A stretch of 41,495 nucleotides of DNA, taken from assembly GCA_036478295.1 (NCBI GenBank), contig JAZGDW010000151.1, positions 1-41,495 of the forward strand, in the 5' to 3' direction. Origin of the DNA: Candidatus Krumholzibacteriia bacterium (GTDB taxonomy: Bacteria; Krumholzibacteriota; Krumholzibacteriia; WVZY01). This document shows, in pieces, positions 1 through 8,524 of this stretch (the stretch's first letter is position 1; each line of letters starts with the position of its first letter). A program made the translations under genes and the position numbers. The notes below the pieces were generated by a model. It was not told where the DNA came from, searched no databases, and saw only the letters and a program-made list of their open reading frames with translations.

Positions 1-16
1 AATTGCAGATCGTCCC

Positions 17-853
17 CTACATGCGCGCCAGGGCGATGGCCGCGATTCCGAATAACATACCCAATTTGAGGATGCGGCTCGGGCGGTGGAGCGCCACCGT
101 CCGCGGTGATCGCAAGGCCACGTACACGGCAAGGAGAATCCCCGGCACGCACGCCAGTTCGACCACGAACGTATACGGCCTCGCATACAGCTGTGCCAGC
201 CCCGGCAGCGGCGCGGCCAGCACGCAAAGGAACAGCGGCAGCGATGCCCATGCAACCGCTTTCTCCGCACCGAGCCTCACGGCCAGCGTGGACGCGCCCG
301 CCAGGCGGTCGCCATGGATGTCTTCCGCTCCTTTGACCAGTTCTCGTCCCATCACGAGCAGGAAAGCAAACGCGACCGGAAAAGCCACCAGTTTGAAGTG
401 CCCCGTCAGCATCGCTCCCGCCACGAATGCGCTCGACACGATTGCGCTGATGAGGAGGTTGCCCAGCAGGGGGACCCGCTTGCCGCGGTACGCGTAGAGA
501 AAGAGCAGGATCTCCCACCCCAACATGAGGAGCCACAGCCGGGCCGGAAGCATCGCGATCATCAGCGGCGTGATGATCACGGTGCCGGTCCAGTAGACGT
601 TACGGACGTACGGAGCGGACAACCGCCCTGAGGGGATCGGCCGGCGTGGCCGGTTGACGCGGTCGATGTCGGCGTCGTAATAATCGTTGATGAGATTGCC
701 CAGACCGGTTACCAGCGCGGTCAGAAGTGAGGGCACCAACACCGCCTGGTAGTTCCCGCCACCCGTCAAGTGATAGCCGCACGCCACGCACACACCGGTG
801 GCCAGCATATTATGAGGACGAAGTATAGCAAGCGTCGCGAGTAGGCGCTTCAT
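17..853 (-). CDS. UbiA-family prenyltransferase, DGGGP-synthase-like
   Basis: Hydrophobic 278 aa; RPHN N-terminus, NDYYDADIDRVNRPRRPIPSGR first Asp-rich motif, RELVKGAEDIHGD second motif. Confidence 0.85.
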   Translation of the reverse strand: MKRLLATLAILRPHNMLATGVCVACGYHLTGGGNYQAVLVPSLLTALVTGLGNLINDYYDADIDRVNRPRRPIPSGRLSAPYVRNVYWTGTVIITPLMIAMLPARLWLLMLGWEILLFLYAYRGKRVPLLGNLLISAIVSSAFVAGAMLTGHFKLVAFPVAFAFLLVMGRELVKGAEDIHGDRLAGASTLAVRLGAEKAVAWASLPLFLCVLAAPLPGLAQLYARPYTFVVELACVPGILLAVYVALRSPRTVALHRPSRILKLGMLFGIAAIALARM

Positions 854-863
854 ATCCGTCCCT

Positions 864-2435
864 CTATCGAAAATCCCATCTGAGGTCCGCGCGCACGGCG
901 GTCCGCCACCCGTTTGCTCCGCGGACGTGATCGCTGTTGCGCACGTACTCGTGCCGCACGTTCACACCGATCAACGAGCCTGCCGCAAGCTCCCACAGGA
1001 CTCGGTAACCGAACGAATATGTCTTTTCCACCACACCGAGCGGAAACGGCGGTGACGCATCGAGGCCGGGCTCGAAGCGCCGAAAATCGTTGCCTTCACC
1101 GCGCCGTTGGTAAAAAAAGGAAAGCGTCGATACCACGTCGGGCCGTGGATACAACTCCGCACTGACCTGCAGGCGGTCGCTGTCCGGCCCCTGTTCGGCA
1201 CCCAGGAAGGGGTCGCCCTGTGACGGTTCGCCGAAACCCGTCACGAACGCCTTGCCCGAATCCCGGTGGGAATACGTGTAAATGTCCACGAAGCGGTAGC
1301 GAAGACGCACCGTCAAGGGCAGCGGCCGCACGAAGGCGGTGCGGGCGCCGACGTCGAACGCGATCTTGTCCGGATTCTTGTTGTCCCTTTCGAACTGAAA
1401 GTCGTCGATCAAGAACGCCCCGTAGACAACCCCGGCGCGGCCAAGCCTGTATTTGAGATCGACCGACCACAGGACGTTATCGTCGGAGCGCTCGTTGAAC
1501 TGGTTCGCGTAGAAGCTGCTCAAGGGAAGACTGTAGGCGGGGTCGAAACCGCGGTCGACGTAGAGCACCGCCTCGGAGACTCCGAACACCAGGCGGCTCA
1601 TGTCGACCTCCAAGCGGTGTGCCGACAGGGAGCGGCTGGCCTCGGCCGAAAGGTTCGCATAAAAGGTACTCACGTGAAGATTCTTGAAGTTCAGCCGTGC
1701 ACCGAACTTGTCGAGGCTCTCCGCCGTCTGCGACACCAGCAGATTCCCGTCAGCCGAGGGGCCCCAGTCCACGAAGTCACGGCCCCAGAACAGCGTCACC
1801 TGTTTCCACGGAAAGACGATATACGAGCGCTCGAACAGCGAGGTTAACCCCTTGAAACTTCTTTCTCGTGGGGAGGGTTTGGCATTCCGCGCTCGGCTGC
1901 CGCGCTCGGGACCCATGGTCAGCCGATAGCGAACCTCGTACGTGATCTTGTCGTCGACGTGCACCCGCGCGGTCGGACTGCTGACCCCGAGAAACTCCCA
2001 GCGCTCGCCGGCGAGCTTGTCCTGTGGAACCAGTGACAGATCCAGGTCTCCCTCGAACCGGAAGGGCTCGTCCGTTGTGTAGAGCAGCGGGGGATTGTAA
2101 CGCACCAGCGGGTTACGCCGTGAGGCATCGTCCGTGAATTCGCTCCGCAGGCGGTCGAGATTGAACCGGTCCCGGCGGGACAGCTGCCGGCCGCGGTCCC
2201 TCACAGTCTGATCGACGCGTTCCGCAAAACCGATAATGTCGTCGCGCGAGAACAGCTTGTATGACGGCAGGTCAACGAGGCCAAGCGATTCGAACCGATA
2301 GAGCGCATCGTAGCTCCAATGTTCCGGTGGCAGAAATTCATGGCCGAGCGCACGCACGCCGCCGGGACCCAGGCAGAGAAATATGTTTGTTGTTAAGAAA
2401 ACGGCTAAAACTGCGCACGACGGGAACCGGCGCAC
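864..2435 (-). CDS. Capsule assembly Wzi-family outer-membrane beta-barrel protein
   Basis: Signal-peptide-like N-terminus from GTG 2435 (ORF-track start overlaps the TPR gene); HWSYDAL, GRDFVDWGP, AHRLE, GVSEAVLY, FLIDD, GPDSD motifs; terminal aromatic (WDFR). Confidence 0.75.
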   Translation of the reverse strand: MRRFPSCAVLAVFLTTNIFLCLGPGGVRALGHEFLPPEHWSYDALYRFESLGLVDLPSYKLFSRDDIIGFAERVDQTVRDRGRQLSRRDRFNLDRLRSEFTDDASRRNPLVRYNPPLLYTTDEPFRFEGDLDLSLVPQDKLAGERWEFLGVSSPTARVHVDDKITYEVRYRLTMGPERGSRARNAKPSPRERSFKGLTSLFERSYIVFPWKQVTLFWGRDFVDWGPSADGNLLVSQTAESLDKFGARLNFKNLHVSTFYANLSAEASRSLSAHRLEVDMSRLVFGVSEAVLYVDRGFDPAYSLPLSSFYANQFNERSDDNVLWSVDLKYRLGRAGVVYGAFLIDDFQFERDNKNPDKIAFDVGARTAFVRPLPLTVRLRYRFVDIYTYSHRDSGKAFVTGFGEPSQGDPFLGAEQGPDSDRLQVSAELYPRPDVVSTLSFFYQRRGEGNDFRRFEPGLDASPPFPLGVVEKTYSFGYRVLWELAAGSLIGVNVRHEYVRNSDHVRGANGWRTAVRADLRWDFR

Positions 2436-2457
2436 GCAGCCGTTTTGCCCCGTGGTG

Positions 2458-3561
2458 TTAGCTCTTTTGAAACTTGAGGTCCGCTGTCCGGTAGTTTTCT
2501 TGGGCTTTGTCAACTTGGCCAGCTTTGTCGTAGACAACACCAAGATAGTAATAGGCCTTGCCGTCATCGGGATTGATTTCGATCGCTCGTTTGAGGGGCG
2601 GAATCGCCTTGCTGGGTTCGTCCAGACGATTGTAACACAAACCGATGTGATACAAGATCGTCGGGTTTTCGGGATCCACGTGCAGCGCCTGCTGCAGGCT
2701 CTTCACCGCTTTGCCGTACAACCCTTTCTTGTCGTAGGCGAGTCCCAGGTAGAGATAAGCGTCTTTGTGGCGGCCGTCCAGTTTTATTGCTTTCTTGAAC
2801 GACTCGATGGCGTCTCCGATGCTGCCCCGCTCGAATAAGGCGAGGCCGAGATTGTAGTGTCCTTCCGCACTTCGCGGATCCAGTTCGATGGCCATTTCGA
2901 ATTCGTGAATCGCCCGCTCGTGCATGCCCGCATCGCCGTACAACGCGCCGAGGTTGAAATGAGCCGCGGCGCTTTGCGGATTGAATTGAACCGCTTTCCT
3001 GAAGAGCTGAAGGGCCGTGTCGCCCTCGCCTTTCAAGTCGAGCAGGTAACCGAGATTGGTGTATGCGTTGGAATGGGCGCGATCCAGATCGATGGCACGG
3101 CGGTAGCACCCCTCAGCTTCCTCGAAACGGTTGTGCCGCGCGAGGGTAACGCCGAACCGGTAATGACATTCGGCGTTCTCCGGCTCGAGCTCGATGGCGC
3201 GTTGGTGCTCCTTGGTGGCACGGTCCACGTCTCCCATCTGTTCGTAGATACGGCCCAGGTAGAAATGCGACAACGCCCGCTCCGGGTGCATCGATGCGAG
3301 CCGCTGATAACAGGGTACGGCGTCCTTCAGAAATTTGTTGTCCAGGAAGAACTTTGCCGCGGCCTCTAACAGTGTGCCGGATATTTCGGGGATCTCGATC
3401 AAGCGCCGACAGTAGTCCACCGCCTCGTCCCGCTCGCCGTTCGACCACAGCGAATGCACGAGCTCGTAGATGGCAAACTGGTCCCGGGGGTTGTCCTTGA
3501 CCCGCTGCTTCAACTGGCTCTCGTAACGAAGATCTTTTCTGGTTGGCGGCTGATCCGGCAA
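2458..3561 (-). CDS. Tetratricopeptide-repeat protein (367 aa, about 9-10 TPRs)
   Basis: Repeated 34-aa A-x-Y/F-NLG...A...F/Y...A...P units; TTG start with GGGAG RBS. Confidence 0.9.
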   Translation of the reverse strand: MPDQPPTRKDLRYESQLKQRVKDNPRDQFAIYELVHSLWSNGERDEAVDYCRRLIEIPEISGTLLEAAAKFFLDNKFLKDAVPCYQRLASMHPERALSHFYLGRIYEQMGDVDRATKEHQRAIELEPENAECHYRFGVTLARHNRFEEAEGCYRRAIDLDRAHSNAYTNLGYLLDLKGEGDTALQLFRKAVQFNPQSAAAHFNLGALYGDAGMHERAIHEFEMAIELDPRSAEGHYNLGLALFERGSIGDAIESFKKAIKLDGRHKDAYLYLGLAYDKKGLYGKAVKSLQQALHVDPENPTILYHIGLCYNRLDEPSKAIPPLKRAIEINPDDGKAYYYLGVVYDKAGQVDKAQENYRTADLKFQKS

Positions 3562-3592
3562 ACTGGCTCCCTTTGCTAACTGGCTTTATTGG

Positions 3593-3635
3593 AAGCTAGT
3601 ACAGCCACAAAAATCCTGTCAAGAATTATTGACAG
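3593..3635 (-). promoter_or_regulatory. Putative sigma70 promoter for TPR-wzi-ubiA, with a palindrome over the -35
   Basis: Minus strand TTGACA (3622-3617), 18 bp, TAGCTT (3598-3593); inverted repeat CTGTCAA-N6-TTGACAG at 3616-3635. Confidence 0.5.
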
Positions 3636-3663
3636 AAGAGGAAACGTCTTCTGATCCGGCAGA

Positions 3664-4899
3664 TCAGACCTCTTCGTCGACAACCTGGATTTCGAGGTTG
3701 ATTTTGAGCGGGATGCTCTTCTTCATCTGTGATCGGGTAATGACCACAGGAACGGACACGCAGACCTCGTCACCGTCCCCTGACGGTGGCGGCGGAGCTG
3801 CCCGTGGTGGGGGCGGAGCCGCCCGTGGTGGGGGCGGAGCCGCCCGTGGTGGGAGCGGAGCTGCCCGCGGTGCCGGCGGCGGTTTGGGCCGGGCGGCCTT
3901 CGCTGACTCGGCCTCCTTGCGCTCGCTCGATTGAAAAGGATCCAGCACGAATTCGCCGTCGACAGCCTTTTCGGTCGGGCTGGACTCCGTGTCGTCGAGG
4001 TCAATGACCCGTCCTACCGTTTCATCGATTTCGTCCATTTTTCCCTCCTGGGCCGGCGCTTTTGCTTTTGTACGGCGCGCGGACGATCGTTTTTCGGATG
4101 CGGCCTTGCGCTTGGGCGGCGGCGGTGGGGCCGGTCGTGCAGTCTCGGCGTCATCGATCTCGCGCAGCGCGACGTCGACCACGTCGGTCACGGAGCGTTC
4201 TTCTTCGTCTGACGGGGGTGCGGCGGCTTTTCGGGCCGCATTCGTCCCCGCCCGCGTCGCGCGGGTCGGCGCCTTGCTTTCCCTGGATTTTTTCCGCGGC
4301 TGCTGGGTTTCGGACAAGCGATCTATCAGCTGGTTGTAGAGCATGCCGGCGATCGCCTCGAACGTTTCGTAAATCCCGGTCCCGACCGTGGCCACCGCCT
4401 CGAAGACCGGGACGTTGAGCAGGTTCAATTTTTCCGACAACGCCTTCACGGGGAGGGCTCCGTCGACGTCACGCTTGTTGTATTGGATCACCCACGGAAT
4501 GGTATCCAAAGTGAGGTCGTGCTCGTTGAGGTTCTCTTCCAGATTGCGGAGGCTCTCGAGGTTCTCCTCCATTTTCTCTGGGGTCGAGTCCGCCACGAAT
4601 ACGACGGCGTCGGCGCCTTTGAGAACCAGCTTACGGGTGGCATTGTAGTAGACCTGGCCGGGAACCGTATACAACAGCATTCGGGTGCGGTACCCGCTGA
4701 TTTCACCCAGTTCCAGAGGAAGGAAATCGAAGAAAAGGGTCCGGTCGGTCCGGGTTTTCATCGAGACCATCTTGCCCTTCGCGTCGGCGGGCATTTTTTC
4801 GTAGATGTACTCGAGATTGGTTGTTTTCCCGCTGAGCGCTGGTCCGTAATAGACCACTTTGGCGTTGATCTCAGCCCCCGAGTAATTGAAAACAACCAT
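3664..4899 (-). CDS. mglA: MglA-family small GTPase with long acidic/Pro-rich C-terminal extension (411 aa)
   Basis: From ATG 4899: EINAKVVYYGPALSGKTTNL, TDRTLFFDFLPL, LYTVPGQ, VFVADS, QYNKRD, closely matching Myxococcus MglA; about 215 extra C-terminal aa. Confidence 0.9.
   Translation of the reverse strand: MVVFNYSGAEINAKVVYYGPALSGKTTNLEYIYEKMPADAKGKMVSMKTRTDRTLFFDFLPLELGEISGYRTRMLLYTVPGQVYYNATRKLVLKGADAVVFVADSTPEKMEENLESLRNLEENLNEHDLTLDTIPWVIQYNKRDVDGALPVKALSEKLNLLNVPVFEAVATVGTGIYETFEAIAGMLYNQLIDRLSETQQPRKKSRESKAPTRATRAGTNAARKAAAPPSDEEERSVTDVVDVALREIDDAETARPAPPPPPKRKAASEKRSSARRTKAKAPAQEGKMDEIDETVGRVIDLDDTESSPTEKAVDGEFVLDPFQSSERKEAESAKAARPKPPPAPRAAPLPPRAAPPPPRAAPPPPRAAPPPPSGDGDEVCVSVPVVITRSQMKKSIPLKINLEIQVVDEEV
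3794..3877. repeat. 4 x 21-bp coding tandem repeat (RAAPPPP-like) in the mglA tail
   Basis: Units GGAGCYGCCCGTGGTGGGRGC at 3794, 3815, 3836 and a degenerate unit at 3857. Confidence 0.9.
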
Positions 4900-5043
4900 C
4901 TTTACCCTTTCGAATGTCCGTCGCCACCCCGTGTGGATGGCCGTAGGTCGGGCCGCCAGGAGCCCATTTGCCCCCTTTCGCCCACTGCACCTACCGGACA
5001 TGTCAGTGGTAGCTACCGTGTCCACCCCGACGTTGCGTGGTTG

Positions 5044-5060
5044 CGCAAAGAATGTGCCAA
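5044..5060 (-). promoter_or_regulatory. Sigma54 (-24/-12) promoter upstream of mglA
   Basis: Minus strand TTGGCACATTCTTTGCG = TGGCAC-N5-TTGC with exact GG-N10-GC spacing, about 145 bp before the mglA ATG. Confidence 0.7.
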
Positions 5061-5189
5061 AGAAAGCGGCGCCATCTGCGAAAAAACCGCTTAACTCCTT
5101 ATCTGAAAATCGTATACAATACTGCAATCGCCGGTACCGGGGATGCGGCCTTCGTGAACCATGCAATCCGCTCAAGTTCTTGTGATTTA

Positions 5190-6053
5190 ATGACGATAGC
5201 TCCGACGTTTTCCGCGGGATCCAACAACCGCCACCACCCGCCGCTGTCATTCGCCGTGGCTGCCGGCCTGGCGTCCGCCGTCCCCCACTGGCTGCTCTAC
5301 GCTGCCTCTCGTGTGGGAGGCGCAGTTCACTACTGCATGGCCGGGGACAAGCGGAGAAACTATCTCGCCAACACGCGATCACTCCCGAAACCGCGACGGC
5401 ACCGTCCGTGGCACGCATTTCAAAACCAGGCCCTCAACGTCCTCGAACTCCTGAAAGCGGCCAGCGAGGGGGAGGTGGCGTCGGACTTGTCCCTCCACGG
5501 CGAGCACACCATCCGCTCGGCGTTGGATCAGGGCCGCGGCCTGATCCTCACTACGTTCCATACGGGTAACTGGGAACTGGCGGGTCTCCAGCTGGCGCTC
5601 AGAGGGTATCCGGTAACCACCGTGGCCGGTGAGCAGTTACGAAAGGGTTGGTCCGATCAGGTGAAAGCGTTGAAGGAACGGTTCGGTCTGAGGATGGTCG
5701 GGCCCGGCGGCGGTGTGCGTGAACTGGTCCGCAACCTCCAAGCCAACCGGGTCGTCGCGCTGCATCTCGACGGCGACCTTTTCATCGGGGGACTCGAAGT
5801 GCTATTCTTCAACCGGCGCGTCCGGGTTCCGCGCGGCCCCGCACATCTCTCGCGGATTACCGGCGCACCGATCGCGTTTGCGTTCAGTCATCGCACCGGG
5901 AAAAGACAGCTCGAGCTTACCATCGAAAACAAAACCCCACCGCCGGCGTCGGCCGACGAAGAGCTGCGGTTGACACAGCGTCTCGTCACGCGCGTGGAGG
6001 AGCGCATCACCGAGGCGCCTGGGCAGTGGTGTATTTTTCGCCGGATCGAGTAA
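5190..6053 (+). CDS. Lysophospholipid/glycolipid acyltransferase (PatA/LpxL family)
   Basis: GRGLILTTFHTGNWELAG, V-x-FF...PRGPA-x-L, PGQW motifs; ATG 5190 chosen, start uncertain. Confidence 0.8.
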   Translation: MTIAPTFSAGSNNRHHPPLSFAVAAGLASAVPHWLLYAASRVGGAVHYCMAGDKRRNYLANTRSLPKPRRHRPWHAFQNQALNVLELLKAASEGEVASDLSLHGEHTIRSALDQGRGLILTTFHTGNWELAGLQLALRGYPVTTVAGEQLRKGWSDQVKALKERFGLRMVGPGGGVRELVRNLQANRVVALHLDGDLFIGGLEVLFFNRRVRVPRGPAHLSRITGAPIAFAFSHRTGKRQLELTIENKTPPPASADEELRLTQRLVTRVEERITEAPGQWCIFRRIE

Positions 6054-6069
6054 CGGAAAAGACAACTAC

Positions 6070-7245
6070 ATGAAGCTCGTTATTGTTTCCCAGTCGTACC
6101 ACCCCCGCCCGGGCGGCGTAACCGAGAATGTGTATCATTCCGCCGAGGTGTTGCGGCAGCGCGGCCATCGGGTAACGGTCGTCACCACCCATTTCGAAAG
6201 TCGGGACAACGGAAGTCACCCGGAACCCGACGTCGTCCGTATCGGCAGGAACGTCCTGGCACCCGTGAACGGCGCGTGGGTAAACGTCACCGTCGGCCAT
6301 GGCATTTACGGCAGACTGAAAGAGGTTCTGCATTCGCTCGACCCCGACGTCATTCACACGCATTGCCCCGCCGCTCCCACCCTGCCGTTGATGGCGCTGC
6401 TCGCGGCGCCGGCCCGTAGTCGTGTCGTGGGTACGTTCCACGCCGCGGGCAGGAGCATCATGGGATACCACCTCTTCAAACCGGTCATTCGACGTCTCCT
6501 CCAGCGTATCGACCGCAGGATCGCCGTGTCGAACGCCGCGATGGATCTTGCCAGCCGTTATTTCCCCGGTATGTACGACGTCATCCCCAACGGGGTCGAC
6601 TGCCGTCGATTTGCGCCGGAGCACCTGCCGCTGGATCATCTCCGGGATGACGCCTTCAACGTGCTTTTTGTGGGGCGCATGGACAAACGCAAGGGGCTGA
6701 AGTATCTCTTCCGTGCCGTCGCCTCCCTGGCCGGACGCACGTCCAGGCGGCTGCGTTTGATCGTGGTGGGCGATGACGGGCCGCGGCGCCATCTTCTTCC
6801 GGGCCTGCCCGGGAGAGTGGATCTCGTTTACACCGGTGTGGTGTCCAAGGATGAGCTGCCCCGATACCTTGCGTCGGGTGACGTGCTGTGTTCACCCGCC
6901 ACCGAGCGCGAAAGCTTTGGCATCGTCCTGCTGGAAGCCATGGCTTCCGGCATCCCCGTCATTGGCACCGGCATTCCTGGTTATCTGACCATCCTGCGCG
7001 ACGGCTGGAACTCGCTGGTGGTTCCCGCCAGGGACGCGCGCTCGTTGTCAGAATCAATCGAGAAGCTCATGAACGATGAGACTCTGCGCTGGAAACTTCG
7101 TAGCAACGCGCTGGACTTTGCGCAACTCTACCGATGGGACCGCATCGTCGACCGGTTGGAGGCGGTGTACCGCAGCGAACCAGCGGACGAGGTCGACCTG
7201 GTGCCTGCGTCGGCGACACCTTTCGCGCGGGCGCAGAAAGCGTAA
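6070..7245 (+). CDS. GT4 glycosyltransferase, PimA-like (phosphatidylinositol mannosyltransferase)
   Basis: PGGV, PVNG, DVIHTHCP, VGTFH, RIAVS, IPNGVD, GR..RKG and ESFGIVLLEAMA are colinear with PimA as recalled. Confidence 0.8.
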   Translation: MKLVIVSQSYHPRPGGVTENVYHSAEVLRQRGHRVTVVTTHFESRDNGSHPEPDVVRIGRNVLAPVNGAWVNVTVGHGIYGRLKEVLHSLDPDVIHTHCPAAPTLPLMALLAAPARSRVVGTFHAAGRSIMGYHLFKPVIRRLLQRIDRRIAVSNAAMDLASRYFPGMYDVIPNGVDCRRFAPEHLPLDHLRDDAFNVLFVGRMDKRKGLKYLFRAVASLAGRTSRRLRLIVVGDDGPRRHLLPGLPGRVDLVYTGVVSKDELPRYLASGDVLCSPATERESFGIVLLEAMASGIPVIGTGIPGYLTILRDGWNSLVVPARDARSLSESIEKLMNDETLRWKLRSNALDFAQLYRWDRIVDRLEAVYRSEPADEVDLVPASATPFARAQKA

Positions 7246-7247
7246 GC

Positions 7248-8495
7248 TTGACCCACCCACGCTATCTGAAACTCTGCTTCTTTTCATTCTGTTTCGCCCA
7301 GCTCATTTCGATATTCGGCGACCGGCTGCACCAGTTTTCCGTCGTGGGAATGATCGGTAAGGTCGCAGCCGGGTCGAGTCTGGAGCTCTTCCAGTTCGCG
7401 CTTTTCAGCCACCTGCCCGTTCTCCTCTTCGCACCGCTGTTTGGAAGCATCATCGATCGTTCCAACAAGGTGGCGGTGCTCATCGTGGTCGACGTCGTCA
7501 GGGGCTGCATCGTACTGGCGGTACCTGCGCTTTTCCACCTGTCGGGTAGCCTGTATGCGTTCTACGTTCCCACGCTTTTTCTCACCCTCGCCAACCTGCT
7601 CTTCTCCCCCGCCAAATCCGCGGTCGTCCCCGAGTTGTTCGGACCGCTGCGCCTGCTCAGGATCAACGCGGTGCTCTGGGGACTGGGCATCGTCGGCACC
7701 CTGGCCGGTTTCGTCACCGGGGGCTGGCTCTTCGACTTTCACACCTGGGAGATGAGCTTCTACTCGGATGCCGCAAGCTACTTCGTCTCGGTGCTTTTTC
7801 TGCTGCCGCTGATTGCGCTGTGGCGCTCCACCGAACGGCCACAGGTCGAGGTTCGCCCGCCAGGTGGAAGCGCCTGGCGCTGGTATTCCGGCGTCGCCAT
7901 GATTGGTGATTCAGTTCGGGAGGGGCTCGTTCACATCAAGACCAACCGTCAGGTCGCCTACTGCCTCATCACCCAGACAGCGCTGTTCGCCTGCCTGGGA
8001 GTGCTGTACGTTGTCGGCGTCGCGCGCATCCAGTCCGTCTTTCCATCGGAGAAAACTATCTACCTGAGTGCAGTCGCCTCCGCGGGAACCGTCGGCTTGC
8101 TCGCTGGCGCGGCCGTTGCCACTGTGCTTAGACGACTGTTCTCATCGAACCGCGTTATCGCCCACGCCACACTGCTCTTCGCCGTCACCTGCATGGGTGT
8201 CGCCGCGGCGCGGGGGCTCGTCGCAATAATGTCGTGGACATTCGTCATGGGGCTGGCCCTGTCACCCATCTTTATCATCACGGAAACGCTGCTTCAAATC
8301 CATGCCCCGCGGTCGTATCGGGGGCGCATATTTTCGAGTCGCGAGGTGGTGACGAAGACGGCGTTTCTCGCGTTCTCCATGGTCGCAGTCGTGCTCAGTG
8401 CGCTGCTCAGCAAAGCCTCGATCATGCTGTTCCTAGGCGTAATTCTTGCAGGAACGGGTGTTGTACTCGAAAGAAAAGACTTTCTCAAAGTTTAG
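7248..8495 (+). CDS. MFS transporter (DHA3/LplT-like)
   Basis: About 12 TM segments; AQLISIFGD, GSIIDRSNK motif A, PAKSAVVP, RGRIFS; TTG start 2 nt after the GT4 stop. Confidence 0.85.
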   Translation: MTHPRYLKLCFFSFCFAQLISIFGDRLHQFSVVGMIGKVAAGSSLELFQFALFSHLPVLLFAPLFGSIIDRSNKVAVLIVVDVVRGCIVLAVPALFHLSGSLYAFYVPTLFLTLANLLFSPAKSAVVPELFGPLRLLRINAVLWGLGIVGTLAGFVTGGWLFDFHTWEMSFYSDAASYFVSVLFLLPLIALWRSTERPQVEVRPPGGSAWRWYSGVAMIGDSVREGLVHIKTNRQVAYCLITQTALFACLGVLYVVGVARIQSVFPSEKTIYLSAVASAGTVGLLAGAAVATVLRRLFSSNRVIAHATLLFAVTCMGVAAARGLVAIMSWTFVMGLALSPIFIITETLLQIHAPRSYRGRIFSSREVVTKTAFLAFSMVAVVLSALLSKASIMLFLGVILAGTGVVLERKDFLKV

Positions 8496-8524
8496 AATCG
8501 TTCCCTGGAAGGGATGATCCTGCC

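Noticed and set aside
2436..2567. Extended ORF-track starts for wzi (likewise MFS, murE, ftsL, rsmH, GT4, methyltransferase, rpmB)
   Set aside because: They overlap upstream genes; downstream starts with an RBS or stop-start coupling fit better
3794..3877. Short repeats as a possible CRISPR array (also 9388-9519)
   Set aside because: Contiguous in-frame coding repeats with no spacers and no cas genes
4900..5418. 173-aa N-terminal extension of the mglA ORF in the ORF track
   Set aside because: Overlaps the divergent acyltransferase and promoter region; MglA similarity begins at ATG 4899, which has an RBS
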